The notes below the pieces were generated by a model, which was given only the letters and a program-made list of their open reading frames with translations, was not told the DNA's origin and did no database searches. This document shows, piece by piece, positions 1-13,631 of a DNA stretch of 64,000 nucleotides. Source of the stretch: Dipteris shenzhenensis (lineage: Eukaryota); NCBI GenBank assembly GCA_047967505.1, contig CM106538.1. One strand, 5' to 3'. Each line of letters opens with the position of its first letter. Position 1 is the first letter of the stretch. The translations under genes were made by a program, and so were the position numbers.

Positions 1-29
1 TCGCCACCTTTGTGTAGCCTTTTGTACCT

Positions 30-124
30 CTCCATATCTTGACCTCTAGCAGTTCCTGATCCGCTCCATATCTCGACCTCCAGCAGCTCCTGATCTGCTC
101 CATATCTCGACCTCCAGCAGTTCC
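30..124. repeat. 34-bp tandem repeat, ~3 copies
   Basis: CTCCATATCTyGACCTCyAGCAG recurs at about 30, 64 and 98. Confidence 0.85.
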
Positions 125-366
125 GTCGACCAGCAGCCAGCTCCAAGGACTTCACGTCCTCAGTTCATGTACACGAGTAGGCTCCAACAAACATCCTCTG
201 CTCCTGTGTGCAGACTTGAAGTAGACATCCTCAGTTCGACGTCTTGGTGGACGATTCCTTCAACAACCATTTGTATTGCCAGGTTGATTTGCTATGGTTT
301 ACTTTCAGTTGATCGGTCTGCTAAGCGAGTTTATTTTGCATTCCGAGAGATAGTGGACGTGTTGCA

Positions 367-367
367 A

Positions 368-407
<40 letters not shown>

Positions 408-478
408 CCCCCCCCCCTCTTCCACTTATCTTTCTCTTGCATTGGATCATCCCTCAAGACGGTTTTTAAGCATGTGCA

Positions 479-529
<51 letters not shown>

Positions 530-553
530 ATGTGTGTGTGAGAGAGAGTGTGT

Positions 554-584
<31 letters not shown>

Positions 585-1323
585 CTTTTGTGTTTTTGTG
601 AGAGAGGGAGAGAGAGAGAGGGGGGGGGACGTTTATAGAATTTTTGTATGTGGTTTTGAGAGAGGGAGAGAAAGAGAGGTGTAGGGGTTGATCGATGCTA
701 GGGGAAGATGAAAGGGCATGAATATCTAAGGAAAGGAGATGAAAGAAAATGAAGATAATGGAGGAACGAAAGAAGGTAGATTTGAGCAAGCAAGGAGAGA
801 TTTTCCTGAAGGAAAAGAGGTAGTGTGCACCCTGTTATAGGTCAATCAATCGCCATCATGCAACCTTGCATGTAGACACATATGCTACACCCTCCTTTCC
901 CTTCAACTAATTAACTGATTTTAGCATATTCTTTAAGTTAGGGTACATGCTGGTGCCAATCTTACGTGCATTTTGGGAGATAGTGGCATGTGAAGTTTTG
1001 TAATCCTTACAAGCTATATCTATATCTAATCAATTGTGTGTGTGTGTATGTGTGCGCGTGTATGTGTGTGTGTGTGTGTTGTGTGTGTGTGTATGTGTTA
1101 ACACCTCTAGCTGCGGGTTTTTTTTGTGTGTATTTTTGTGCCTCTAGCCTCTATCTATAGCATGCATAGAAGTGTACGTGCCATTTTTAGAGAGAGAGAG
1201 AGAGAGATTATGTGTGTATGTGTTAACACCTCTAGCTACGGGGTTTTTTTTTGTGTGTGAGTTGAGATGTGCATTTTGAGAGATAGTGTCGTTAGTCATT
1301 TGATAAACCCTCCCCCTCCCCCT

Positions 1324-1367
<44 letters not shown>

Positions 1368-1710
1368 GCTATGGTTTTTGGTGTGTGTGTGTGTTGAGAT
1401 ACACATTTCCAGAGGCAGTGGCGTTAGTCATTTGATAAACCCCTCACCCCCCCCCTCACTCTCTCTCTCTCGCATTCACAAATCTTGCATGGCGCTCACA
1501 TTCACACACAAATGTAAAAACATAACGTTTATAATCCTTAAAGCTATATGTATATCTAATCAATTGTGTGTGTGTGTGTGTGCACGTGTGTGTGTGTGTG
1601 TGTGTGTTGTGTGTGCATGTATGTGTGTGTGTGTGTTGTGTGTGTGTGTGTTGAGATGTGCATTTCGAGAGATAGTGTCATTAGTCATTTGATAAACCCT
1701 CCCCCCTCCC

Positions 1711-1775
<65 letters not shown>

Positions 1776-2217
1776 TCTCTCTCTCTAGCTATGGTTTTGT
1801 GTGTGTGTGTGTGTTGAGATACACATTTCTAGAGGCAGTGGCGTTAGTCATTTGATAAACCCCTCGCCCCCCCCTCTCTCTCTCTCTCTCTCGCATTCAC
1901 AAATCTTGCATGGCGCTCACATTCACACACAAATGTAAAAACATAACGTTTATAATCCTTACAAGCTATATGTATATCTAATCAATTGTGTGTGTGTGTA
2001 TGTGTGCACGTGTATGTGTGTGTGTGTGTGTTGTGTGTGTGTGTGTATGTGTTAACACCTCTAGCTACGGGTTTTTCTTGTGTGTATTTTTGTGCCTCTA
2101 GCCTCTATCTATAGCATGCATAGAAGTGTACGTGCCATTTTTAGAGAGATAGAGAGAGATTATGTGTGTATGTGTTAGCACCTCTAGCTACATGGGGGTG
2201 TATGTCATTACGTATTT

Positions 2218-2259
<42 letters not shown>

Positions 2260-2281
2260 ATGTGTGTGTGAGAGAGAGAGT

Positions 2282-2326
<45 letters not shown>

Positions 2327-2936
2327 TTTGTGTTTTTGTGAGAGAGGGAGAGAGAGAGAGAGGGGGGGGGAGGTTTATAGAATTTTTGTATGTGGTTTTG
2401 AGAGAGAGAGAGAAAGAGAGGTGTAGGGGTTGATCGATGCTAGGGGAAGATGAAAGGGCATGAATATCTAAGGAAAGGAGATGAAAGAAAATGAAGATAA
2501 TGGAGGAATGAAAGAAGGTAGATTTGAGCAAGCAAGGAGAGATTTTCCTGAAGGAGAAGAGGTAGTGTGCACCCTACTATAGGTCAATCAATCGCCATCG
2601 TGCAACCTTGCATGTAGACACATATGCTACACCCTCCTTTCCCTTCAACTAATTAACTGATTTTAGCATATTCCTTAAGTTAGGGTACATGCTGGCGCCA
2701 ATCTTACGTGCATTTTGGGAGATAGTGGCATGTGAAGTTTGTATTTTTGTGCCTCTAGCCTCTATCTATAGCATGCATAGAAGTGTACGTGCCATTTTTA
2801 GAGAGATAGAGAGATTATGTGTGTATGTGTTAACACCTCTAGCTATGGGTTTTTTTGTGTGTGTGTGTGTGTGTTGAGATGTGCATTTTGAGAGATAGTG
2901 TCATTAGTCATTTGATAAACCCTCCCCCTCCCCCCT

Positions 2937-2967
<31 letters not shown>

Positions 2968-2975
2968 AGCTATGG

Positions 2976-3008
<33 letters not shown>

Positions 3009-3059
3009 GAGATACACATTTCTAGAGGTAGTGGCATTAGTCATTTGATAAACCCCTCG

Positions 3060-3102
<43 letters not shown>

Positions 3103-3390
3103 ACAAATCTTGACATTCACACACAAATGTAAAAACATAACATTTATAATCCTTACAAGCTATATGTATATCTAATCAATTGTGTGTGTGTGTGTGCGTG
3201 TATGTGTGTGTGTGTATGTGTATGTGTTAACACCTCTAGCTACGGGTTTTGTGTGTGTGTGTGTGTGTGTGTTGAGATGTGCATTTCGAGAGATAATGTC
3301 GTTAGTCATTTGATAAACCCTCCCCCTCCCCCCTCCCCTGTCTCTCTCTCTCTAGCTATGGTATATCTATGAGAGAGAGAGAGAGAGATG
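367..3390. repeat. Compound (CT)n/(GA)n/(GT)n microsatellite-module array with a ~1.74-kb segmental duplication
   Basis: The module GAGATAGTGTCGTTAGTCATTTGATAAACCCTCCCCC-(CT)n-CTAGCTATGG-(GT)n recurs many times; ~480-995 is duplicated at ~2222-2740. Confidence 0.9.
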
Positions 3391-3779
3391 TACAGTTATA
3401 CGAGCGCCCTTGAGCATCTATCTTCTATCTATTGCCTTCCCTTCCTTGCCTCATCGCATGCTCCTCTAGCACATAACAAAAATCACTTCAAACATCCACT
3501 TTGAGACATAACTGAGCATCATCCGCCCAAAAGTGAAGGAAAAGTATCCCCTCACTCATGGAGGTACATTGGAGGTTTGCAGCATAAAGAAAAAGGTGAG
3601 GGAGTGTGATTCAGTTTATGGAATCTAGACCATGGAGGGCCCATGTAGTGAGGCGAAGGGGTGCAATGACTATTTCATTGCATGCGCCGAAAACAAAAGA
3701 ATATGGATTAAATCAAATATAAAGGAAATGGGGAGGGGGGGATAAAGGTGTAAGGCATTAGCTTAATTTATACGTGGGG

Positions 3780-3961
3780 GTGTATGTCATTACATATTTC
3801 TATGAGAGAGAGACAGAGAGAGAGATTTACAGTTCGCTTAGCTTTACTTTTTTTTGGGGTTGTTTTTCTTGCAGGTGCTTCAATTTATTGTTGGACTAGC
3901 ACTAGCTTCTCTCCACAACTTTTGTTTATCCAGGTAGGTGATCACTTTTTTTCCAATCGAC

Positions 3962-4006
<45 letters not shown>

Positions 4007-4813
4007 ATCTTAAACATTTTCAAAATCATTGAAACCATTCCGATCTGATAATTCATGAATTCTCTGTTACATTCATGAAACCATTCTGATCGTAATTCGT
4101 GGACGCTTAGATTCTTAGGAGGGGAAAATTGAACTAAGAACCATCTTTTTTCAAAAAGATAATGGAGGCGAGAGAGAGAGAGAGAGAAGCTTAGAAGCTA
4201 CATTTTTAAAATCATCCAAACCATTATAATCTTATAGTTTCTAGATGATTATATTATTGAGACAGAAGAACTAAAAGATTATGGAGGCGAGAGAGAGAGA
4301 GAGGGAAAATATAATGATGGACAGAAGTGAATTAAGTTAGTGTATTAGTTAGAGACAAGGCGATGATGGGGTTGGACCAGTAATCATTAAATGTAATTGT
4401 ATCTTTCATAGGGGCATCTTGATGACCTGGCAATATGTCTAGAGATAAGCTTGCACTGTCTACCCTAAGTGATCTAATCTAACCTTCATTTTGAGAAGCT
4501 AGCCTTGCTTTTCAATTGACTTTGCTTTCTATTTGGAATTCTTTGCTTCCTTAGGACACGTTGTGTGTGTGTGTGTGTGTGTGTGTTTGCATCGTTTAAG
4601 ATAAGCTACATTTTCAAAATCATTGAAACCATTCCGATCTGATAATTCATGAATTCTTTGCTTCCTTAGGACACATTGTGTGCGTGTGTGAGTTTGCATC
4701 GTTTGAGACAAGCTACATTCATTGAAACCATTCTGATCTTATAATTCGTGGACGCTTAGATTCTTGGGAGGGAAAAACTGAACTAAGAACCATGTTTTTT
4801 CAAAAACATGGTA

Positions 4814-4883
<70 letters not shown>

Positions 4884-5044
4884 CCAACCTACAACACAGT
4901 TGCATGCTAAACTACCAGCCTTTTCTACAATCCTTTTCTATTGGCTTAGCATGATCTCTTCTATTGTGGACCTTGCTGTGCTGCTCTGTGCGTAGAGTCT
5001 CATACCTCAATGCCTGCTTTGTCTATGCATATCTCTTAGGAGAG

Positions 5045-5082
<38 letters not shown>

Positions 5083-5717
5083 ATAATGGTGGACAGAAAT
5101 GAATTAAGTTTGTAGATGATTATATTATTGAGACGGAAGAACTAAAAGATAATGGAGGCGATGATGTGGTTGGACCAGTAATCATTAAATGTAAGCTACA
5201 TTTTTAAAATCATCCAAACCATTATAATCTTATAGTTTCTAGATGATTATATTATTGAGACGGAAGAAATAAAAGATAATAGAGGCGAGAGAGAGAGAGA
5301 GAGGGAAAATATATTGATGGACAGAAGTGATTTAAGTTAGTGTATTAGTTAGAGACAAGGCGATGATGTGGTTGGACCTTAAGTGATCTAATCAACCTCT
5401 CGAGGAGAGTAAAGGATTATGTATGTTTCATGTCATGTGCATTATAGCCATGAGAAGTAACCTCCAAAGGTGAGGCAATTGGATATCAGTAATCATTAAA
5501 TGTAATTGTATCTTTCCTAGGAGCATCTTGATGACTTGGCAATATGTCTAGAGATAAGCTTGCACCCTCTACCCTAAGTGATCTAATCTAACCTTCGTTT
5601 TGAGAAGCTAGCCTTGCTTCTCAATGAGAGTAAAGCATCAAATATGTTTCATGTCATGTGGACTATAGCCATGAGAACTAAGCTCGAGACGTGAGGCGAT
5701 TGGATGATAGGTGGGGC

Positions 5718-5767
<50 letters not shown>

Positions 5768-6056
5768 GAAAGAATATAATGGTAGGGCAGAAGTGAAATA
5801 AGACAAGGCCATGATGTGGTTGGACCAGTAAGCATTAAATGTGATTATATCTTTCGTAGAAGCATCTTGATGACCTGGCAATATGTCTAGAGATAAGCTT
5901 GCACCCTCTACCCTAAGTAATCTAATCTAACCTTCGTTTTGAGAAGCTAGCCTTGCTTCTCAATGAGAGTAAAGCATCAAATATGTTTCATGTCATGTGG
6001 ACTATAGCCATGAGAACTAAGCTTGAGATGTGAGGTGATTGGATGATAGGTGGGGC

Positions 6057-6109
<53 letters not shown>

Positions 6110-6375
6110 GACGAAAAAATATAATGGTAGGCCAGAAGTGAAATAAGACAAGGCCATGATGTGTTTGGACCAGTAATCATTAAATGTAAGCTACATTTTT
6201 AAAATCATCCAAACCATTATGATCTTATAGTTTCTAGATGATTATATTATCGAGACGGAAGAACTAAAAGATAATAGAGGTGAGAGAGAGAGAGAGAGGG
6301 AGAGAGAGAGAGAGAGGGAAAATATATTGATGGACAGAAGTGAATTAAGTTAGTGTATTAGTTAGAGACAAGGAA
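3780..6375. repeat. Second (GA)n-anchored modular repeat array including a 339-bp tandem duplication
   Basis: Recurring GGAGGC(GA)nGGGAAAATAT...GGACCAGTAATCATTAAATGTAA modules; TCAATGAGAGTAAAGCATC at ~5621 and ~5960. Confidence 0.85.
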
Positions 6376-6552
6376 ATATCTCAATCCATCTAACTTGATT
6401 CCAAATTCTTTGTTGAGAGGAGATGGGCTACAATCTTTGGGTATCTACCTCCTATGCCAATTGATTTCTGCTCATGTTTATTCTATGGAATCTGTGTGAT
6501 CCAATTATACAATTGAGCCAATACATACCTGAAAAGGTTTTTGTATTTTATT

Positions 6553-7216
6553 ATGGATGCAGCTCTAGAAATGGCTTCTACCGTTGTTTCAAATCTTGGG
6601 GAGTCGGGTTTCCATGGGCGACAAAGCCTTCGAGCAATAAAGCGAGCCGCAAGGGTGGAGGGCTCTGCAGTTTCTGACATTTTGTTGTCATCTTTTCCTG
6701 AGCCAGATAGCCTTCATGTGATAAATCAAGTTTTTGCAAGGGCCGAGACTTCAACCCATGGAGCAAATCACGGTCCCAAGTTGCCTTCAAAGCGTTTTAA
6801 GTCTACGTTGCACTGATCTTTTAAAGTCCATTCAAGCCATGTGCAAGAATAATAAGGATGCATGTGCCATGAACACACGATATTTGGGCTCTTTGTGGGG
6901 AGAAATCCATTCAGATGGTGCTGCAGTAATAGCGCAGGGCATGGCAGAATTGCCTGGAACTCTCATTGCAAGGATTTCTCAAATTGAGAATAGCGTTAAG
7001 GACTCTAATCAATGGATGCAGCAGATTTTGGGGAGAGGTGGAGAAGGGGCAGTCGTATGTGAGAATGGGTGTAGACTACAAGTTGATAAGCTGAAAGAAC
7101 AAGTTCAGCTACTGTCCACTGAGGTGTCAATGTTCAAAGTTGGTTTAAATAGGCTAACTGCTTTGATGACCAGGATGAGCCGTAAACTAGAGCAGGTTGC
7201 AACCCGTGACAATTAA
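6553..7216 (+). pseudogene. Unidentified ~220-aa ORF broken by one frameshift, C-terminal coiled-coil-like; possibly Helitron accessory or cargo
   Basis: MDAALEMAS...LHVINQ (ATG 6553) overlaps the frame LQGPRLQP...KLKEQVQLLSTEVSMFKVGLNRLTALMTRMSRKLEQ across a T-run at ~6731. Confidence 0.4.
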
Positions 7217-7218
7217 GA

Positions 7219-7524
7219 GACTCCTGAGACTTTTATGTCACTTTTTGTACTGGAATCCCAAATGCTTCTATGGGATTCATGTACTTGGGTTGCCCTTATG
7301 CTATTTGGCAAGACAAGTTTGACTCCTGAGACTTTTGTGTCACCTTTTGTACTGGAATCCCAAATGCTTCTATGGGATTTATGTACTTGGGTTGCCCTTA
7401 TGTTATTTGGCAAGACAAGTTTGACTCCTGAGACTTTTATGTCACTTTTTGTACTGGAATCCCAAATGCTTCTATGGGATTCATGTAGTTGGGTTGCCCT
7501 TATGTTATTTGGCAAGATAAGTTT
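7219..7524. repeat. 102-bp tandem repeat x3
   Basis: GACTCCTGAGACTTTT starts at 7219, 7321 and 7423. Confidence 0.95.
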
Positions 7525-8097
7525 TCTGCAAATGATTATATTTACTTTCATTTGACATATATATGGCAATGGATGCTAATTTAATTCAATATTTGAATCG
7601 CCTATTGTTCCTTCCCATTTTCGTTTTATTTAAGATATACTCAAATATTTGTAATTTTTTTGAATCATGTATTCGCATAAATGCTGATGCAATGCTTATA
7701 CTTTTTTGAGATGGTCAACTTTGAGTTTTTTTAGATATGTTAGCTTTGGTTTTTATGTTTCAAATGATGGTTGCACATATGGTATTGTATTTTGCTCACA
7801 TGTTGAAAAAATATGAGCATTACTCTTACCAAAGATAGTGAGGCACTGAAACTTGGTCATGGGACACTATGAGTTCAATGCATAGATGGTCCGCTCTCAA
7901 TTTTAGATAGATGGGAAAGGGATGGCTTTGCTAATTAACCTTGCTTCTTGCTTTTCTAAATTATTTTCTTCCTAGGGCACATTTGTTGAGATCCATCAAT
8001 TTTGTCATGGTTAGGGATGATGCATAAGTTATTTGATTAAGCTATTTTTCTTTTTGAGGAATAGATATTTATGTAGTTGGTTGAGTGGATACAGAAG

Positions 8098-11000
8098 ATG
8101 GCAGGACAAATAGAAGAGAGGCTACATTCAATACGTTCTCATAGGAGAAGATTGTTGGATTCAACGCGGGCGGCCCGTCGTGCTTATGCTATACAAAGAA
8201 CAAGGTCTAAAACACAAGGTGCTAGAAGCATGAGGGTGGCTGTGGAATCTATGGGTGTAGAAGTAGGAGTTTGCAGTCAACATAATCAGACACATGGATG
8301 CAGTAATGTAGCGTGCATTGTGGCTGAAAATACAATGGACCTCAATACTTCAATAACAGTAGGTAGAGTGCATCAACATGCTTCAGTGATAGGTACACCT
8401 ACTCAAATGGATTCAACACGGGCAGCTCGTCGTAGTTATGCTATACAAAGAACAAGGTCGAAAACACAAGGAGTTAGAAGTGTGAGGGTAGCTGTGGAAT
8501 CTATGGATGTAGAAGATGGCCTTCGCAGACAACAGGACCAAATGTATGGGCACAGTAATGTAGCGTGCATTGTTGAAAATACAATGGACATCAATACTTT
8601 ACCAACTATAGATAATGAGCATGAACATGCTCCAGTAATAGGTACAACTACTCAAATGGATTCAACGCGGGCGGCCCGTTGCGTTTATGCGCGTTTATGC
8701 TATACAAAGAACAAGGTCGAGAACACAAGTTGCTAGAAGTGTGAGGGTGGCAATGGAATCTATGGATGTAGAGTTGGCCTATGCAGAGAACAGAATCAAA
8801 TGCATGGGCACAGTAATGTAGCATGCACTGCTGAAAATACAATGGACCTCCATACTTCACCAATAGTACGTAATGAGCATGAACCTGCTCCAGTAGTATG
8901 TACAACTACTCAAATGGATGCAAGCAGGGATGCTACTCATTTAAGAGCCCAAAGGCGTGTTGTTCACAATAGGGCTGTGATTTTGGGTGCAGGGGGGAGC
9001 CTCTCTATCTTGCATACTTTTCCGTTAAGGGAAAATGTAGAGCATCCATCTTTGTATCCACTGGTCTTCAATGCTCCTTCTGTTCATGCACTCGGATCCA
9101 TGGATCATACATGCAGGTTTTGCCAAGCTCAACTGTGGAAACAAGAGACGCGAATGCATATGCATCAAGTTGTGGGCAAGCACTGTTGCAAAGTTGGTCG
9201 TGTGTCATTGTTGCCGTTAGAAGAACCACCAGAGATTTTGAGAGTTCTACTGCACGGACATGATGCTAGAAGCAGACTGTACATTAGGGCTTATAATAGT
9301 GCCATGGCATTTGTTTCATTGGGAGCTCATGTTGATCAAATGTTCCATGGGAATGGGGGTATACAAAACTTTCGGGTCCATGGTAGTGTGTATCATCGGG
9401 TTGGAAATTTATTGCCCGATGAGGCTAGGCAAGAGATGCCACGTTTTGCACAGTTGTACATGTATGACACTGATCATAAACTAGAACACCGTTTACATGG
9501 GATGCCTGGTTTGGATCCAAGCATTTTGGAGTTGTTGCAGAGGATGATGCACGAGTGCAATCCATATGCTAGTGCATTGATGGCTATTGGGCAAGTGCTA
9601 AGAACAAATCCACATACAAACCTGAGGATAGTTATTTGTGAGAGCCGCTCCACCTCAAGGCAGTACTTGGCTCCTATGGCTAGCGAGGTTGCTGCAATCA
9701 TGCCAGGACAAGGGGATGACTTCGATATTGGAAATCGGGACATTCAAATTTTTAGCGGCAATGGGTTTGTGCGTAGAATATCTAATTTGCACCAATCATA
9801 CATGCCTCTCATGTATGTTCTTTTGTTCCCTTGGGGGAAAGATGGTTGGCATCCATATATCCCATATAGTGATGTTCCTAATCACACACCATTGCACGAG
9901 ATACGTGGACAGAGTTGTGTCACCCAGAGACAATACTACGCATATTGTTTGCAAGTGAGATATGATACAAATGCATGTCTTTTGCGTGGGGGTAGATTGC
10001 TGCAGCAATACATGGTTGATGCCTACAGTAGCATGGAAGAGTCCAGGTTGGTGTGGATACGAAACAACCAAGCTTCCCTACGCGCTGAAGTCTATCAAGA
10101 GTTGATGGACATGGTGAATACAACTGATGGGACACGTACTGTGCTTGGCAATGCTATAGGGTGTAGGGTGGTGTTGCCTTCTTCTTTTACGGGAGGGCCT
10201 CGGTATATGTGTCAGCTATACCAAGATGCTATGGCAATTGTCAGAAAAAGGGGCAAACCTGATTTATTCATAACATTCACCTATAATCCCAAATGGCCTG
10301 AAATATCTATAGCATTGTTGCCGGGGCAAACTGCGCAAGATCGTCCAGATTTAACAGCCCGTGTGTTTTTCCAAAAGCATAAGGACATGATGCAGTCAAT
10401 TACAAAACATAATTTGTTTGGGAAGGTGGCTGGATATGTGAGTGTCATAGAGTTTCAAAAGAGAGGTTTGCCACACTCACACATATTGTTGATATTAGAA
10501 AGTGGTTTCAAACCCGTGGAGATCGGTCACTATGACCGATTAGTGTGTGCGGGGTTGCCAGATAAGGCTATGTTCCCAGAGTTGCATGATATTATTGGGC
10601 AATGTAATGTCCATGGTCCGTGTGGTGCACTAAATCCATCTGCAGCTTGCATGGTTGATGGAAAATGCATTCGTCATTATCCACGTGGATTCTCACAGAC
10701 GACTACTGTTGGCAACGATGGCTATCCAGTTTACATGCGTCGTGATGATGGTAGAAAGATACAAGTGAAAGGGGGTGTGATTGATAATCGTTGGATTGTG
10801 CCATTTAATCCTTTCCTCTCCGTGAAGTACAAGGCACACATAAATGTTGAAATATGCTCCACAATCACTACAGTTAAGTATTTGTATAAATATGTGTACA
10901 AAGGCCATGATAGAGCCATTATCAAGATGCAGCTAAATAATGTAGGAGAGCAAGGGCATTTGCACAACATAGTTGACGGTGGCATTGATCAGATTAGTAG

Positions 11001-13316
11001 TTACTTAGATGCATGTTACGTGTCAGCATCAGAAGCATGTTGGCGGATTTATGAGTATGCCACGCACGATGAAAAACCCGATGTGCAGAGATTGCAGGTT
11101 CATCTTCCGATGTGCAATAATGTCATCTTTCGAGATGATGATGATCTGCAAAATGTTGTAGGCAGGGAACAAAATCAAAAGACCACCCTCACAGAATGGT
11201 TCACTTATAATCAGTTGCAATCTGACCACCCTCACAGAATGGTTCACTTAGAATAGTGACTTGCGAGACAAGTTGGTTTGGAACAAAACCAATAAGCGGT
11301 GGACTAGAAGACAAAAGGGGAATACCATAGGTTGGATGTACAATATTTCCCCCTCAGCTGGTGAGCTCTACTTCATGCGTATGCTTCTTAATGTGTGCAC
11401 GGGATGCAAGTCCTTTGATGACCTACGTACTTTTGACAGCCAAGTGTACCCTACTTTCAAGGTAGCATGCATAGCACGGGGATTGTTGGAGAGTGATGAT
11501 GAATGGTTTGTGTGTATGCAAGAGGCTGTGTTTTATCAAAATAGTGCACAACTGAGACACCTATTTGTCACAATATTGGTTTTTTGTGAGCCAACGTCTC
11601 CTTGACTTTTGTGGGAAAAATTTTCCCTTGAGCTTTCGGATGATTTTTTAATATATTGGAATCAAGTATGGGGAATTTAATTGGTCGTCGTGAACTAGCA
11701 ATAAAGAAGGCTGTATTGCACTTGGAGCACATTCTTCAACAACATGGGCGAAGGTTGGCTGAGTTTGACGGAATGCCTGTTGTAGATAGAACATCTTTGT
11801 TAGAAGCTGGAAATGGCTTATTGCAAGAAGAAAGAATGTTTGATTGTGTGAAAGAAGCACAGACAGCCCAGCAAATGGAAATGTCCTTGAATCATTGTCA
11901 ACGTGCTGCATTCGATCGGATTTTGGCAAGGGTCTATGGAGATGGTGGTGAGGTCTTTTTTCTCGATGGTATAGGAGGGTCTGGAAAGACCTTTCTCTAC
12001 AATTGCTTGCTCTCTCGATTGCGTGGGGAGGGGCTCATCGCTTTGGCATGTGCATCTTCTGGGATTGCTGCATTGCTACTAGCCAATGGACGCACGGCAC
12101 ACTCACGATTCAAGATACCGTTGGAGCTGGATGGTACTAGCAGTTGCAATATTAAGGTTAATAGTCAACTCGTAGATGTTTTGAAGATGGCTAGGCTGAT
12201 AATATGGGATGAGGCACCCATGACTCACCGGTTTGCTTTCGAGGCACTAGACAGAACTTTACAAGATATCATGTCTAATGAGTAACTTTTTGGTGGGAAG
12301 GTGGTATTGTTGGGGGGGGATTTTAGGCAAGTCTTGCCAGTTCTTCCAAAGGCAGGACGAGAGGACATTGTCAATGCTACCTTATGCCACTCAAGGATTT
12401 GGGGTCGCACTACAATATTGAAGTTGACGCAGAATATGCGGGTCCTTCAGAATGGTGATAATTGTGCTGATAAGAGTTCATGCAATGGGTTCTGGACATT
12501 GGCAATGGGATAAATATATGTACAAAAGAAGATACTGTTGTGATTCCATCGCATATGCTTTTAGAGACAAAGTCCATGGAAGGCCTCATTGGATGGGTGT
12601 ATCGAGGGCTTGCAACTGTTTTGGACTGTGCAACATACTTTCGAGAGCGCGCTATTCTTACACCTCGAAACATCGAGGTTGATGCAATTAATGCTATGGC
12701 ATTGAAGGCAATGCCCGGTGAGGAAAGGGAGTACCTAAGTGCAAACTCAGTGGACAACTTACGGGGAGATTCCTTTTTGTTTTCAGTCGAGTATTTGAAT
12801 AGTCTTGATCTTGGTGGTGGATATCCCCCGCATCGGTTGGTTTTGAAAAGGAATGCTCCTATAATTTTGTTGCGTAATTTGAATCCTCGCCAGGATTTGT
12901 GCAATGGGACACGGTTGACATGCAAAGAGTTTCACACAAAAGTGTTAGAAGCTGAAATCATTACTGGTAACAATGCTGGTGATAGAACGTTTATTCCAAG
13001 GATAACATTCATTCCGACCAACCTTAAACTTCCATTCGACATGAGGAGATGGCAATTTCCTATCCGATTGGCATTTGGCATGACAATCAATAAGTCACAG
13101 GGCCAAATATTGACAGTTTTGGGGCTGTACTTGGTGACACCGGTATTCAGTCATGGCCAATTATATGTGGCATTTTCACGTATCCGAGCATCAAACGCTG
13201 TTAAGGTTTTCATTTCGTAGAGTGCGTCTGATGCCAGGGGTGAGGAGATGGATAATACTTCTACCACAAATGTTGTGTGCAAGGAAGTTTTGCAATTGGC
13301 AACAGCAAGAGCCTAG
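8098..13316 (+). pseudogene. Helitron Rep (HUH endonuclease)-PIF1 helicase, disrupted
   Basis: Rep motifs PDLFITFT, EFQKRGLPHSH and YLYKYVYKGHD; helicase motifs GIGGSGKT, IIWDE, GGDFRQVLP, TINKSQGQ, HGQLYVAFSR and C-terminal TNVVCKEVL. Stops or frameshifts at ~8690-8780, 11254, 11603, 12283, ~12470 and 13218. Confidence 0.95.
8158..8920 (+). repeat. ~250-bp (83-84 aa) coding repeat x3 at the RepHel N-terminus
   Basis: DSTRAARRxYAIQRTRSKTQG...HGxSNVAC...TQM units start at 8158, 8410 and 8659. Confidence 0.9.
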
Positions 13317-13631
13317 GAGTATGACATTGCTCTTTCAAGCCCTCCTCAGACTTTCTTGGGTGGAAAATCTTCATTTCGGTAATCTTTGTATAGCTTTTTT
13401 TAAGTTCTTTCAATATTCCAACTATCATAGGTCTTTGGGAATGTTGGCTATTTATACAAAGATGAAGTGAGACGTAATATTTCATGACTTTGTCCTTGAT
13501 AATGTTTGGATTTCATTTTTCATTTGAGTTATGGGTTTGCAATACACTAGAGGCTATTTTCTCTTCAAAGCCTATTGTTTTTTTCAGTATATGTAGATTG
13601 ACACGTGCATTCTTTTTTTGCAATGTGATAG

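Noticed and set aside
167-6180. ORFs with poly-CV, poly-SL, poly-ER or poly-HT runs
   Set aside because: These are translations of dinucleotide microsatellites.
7213-7569. ORFs on both strands with 34-aa repeats; CRISPR-like periodicity
   Set aside because: Plain 102-bp tandem repeat with no unique spacers, in a eukaryotic context.
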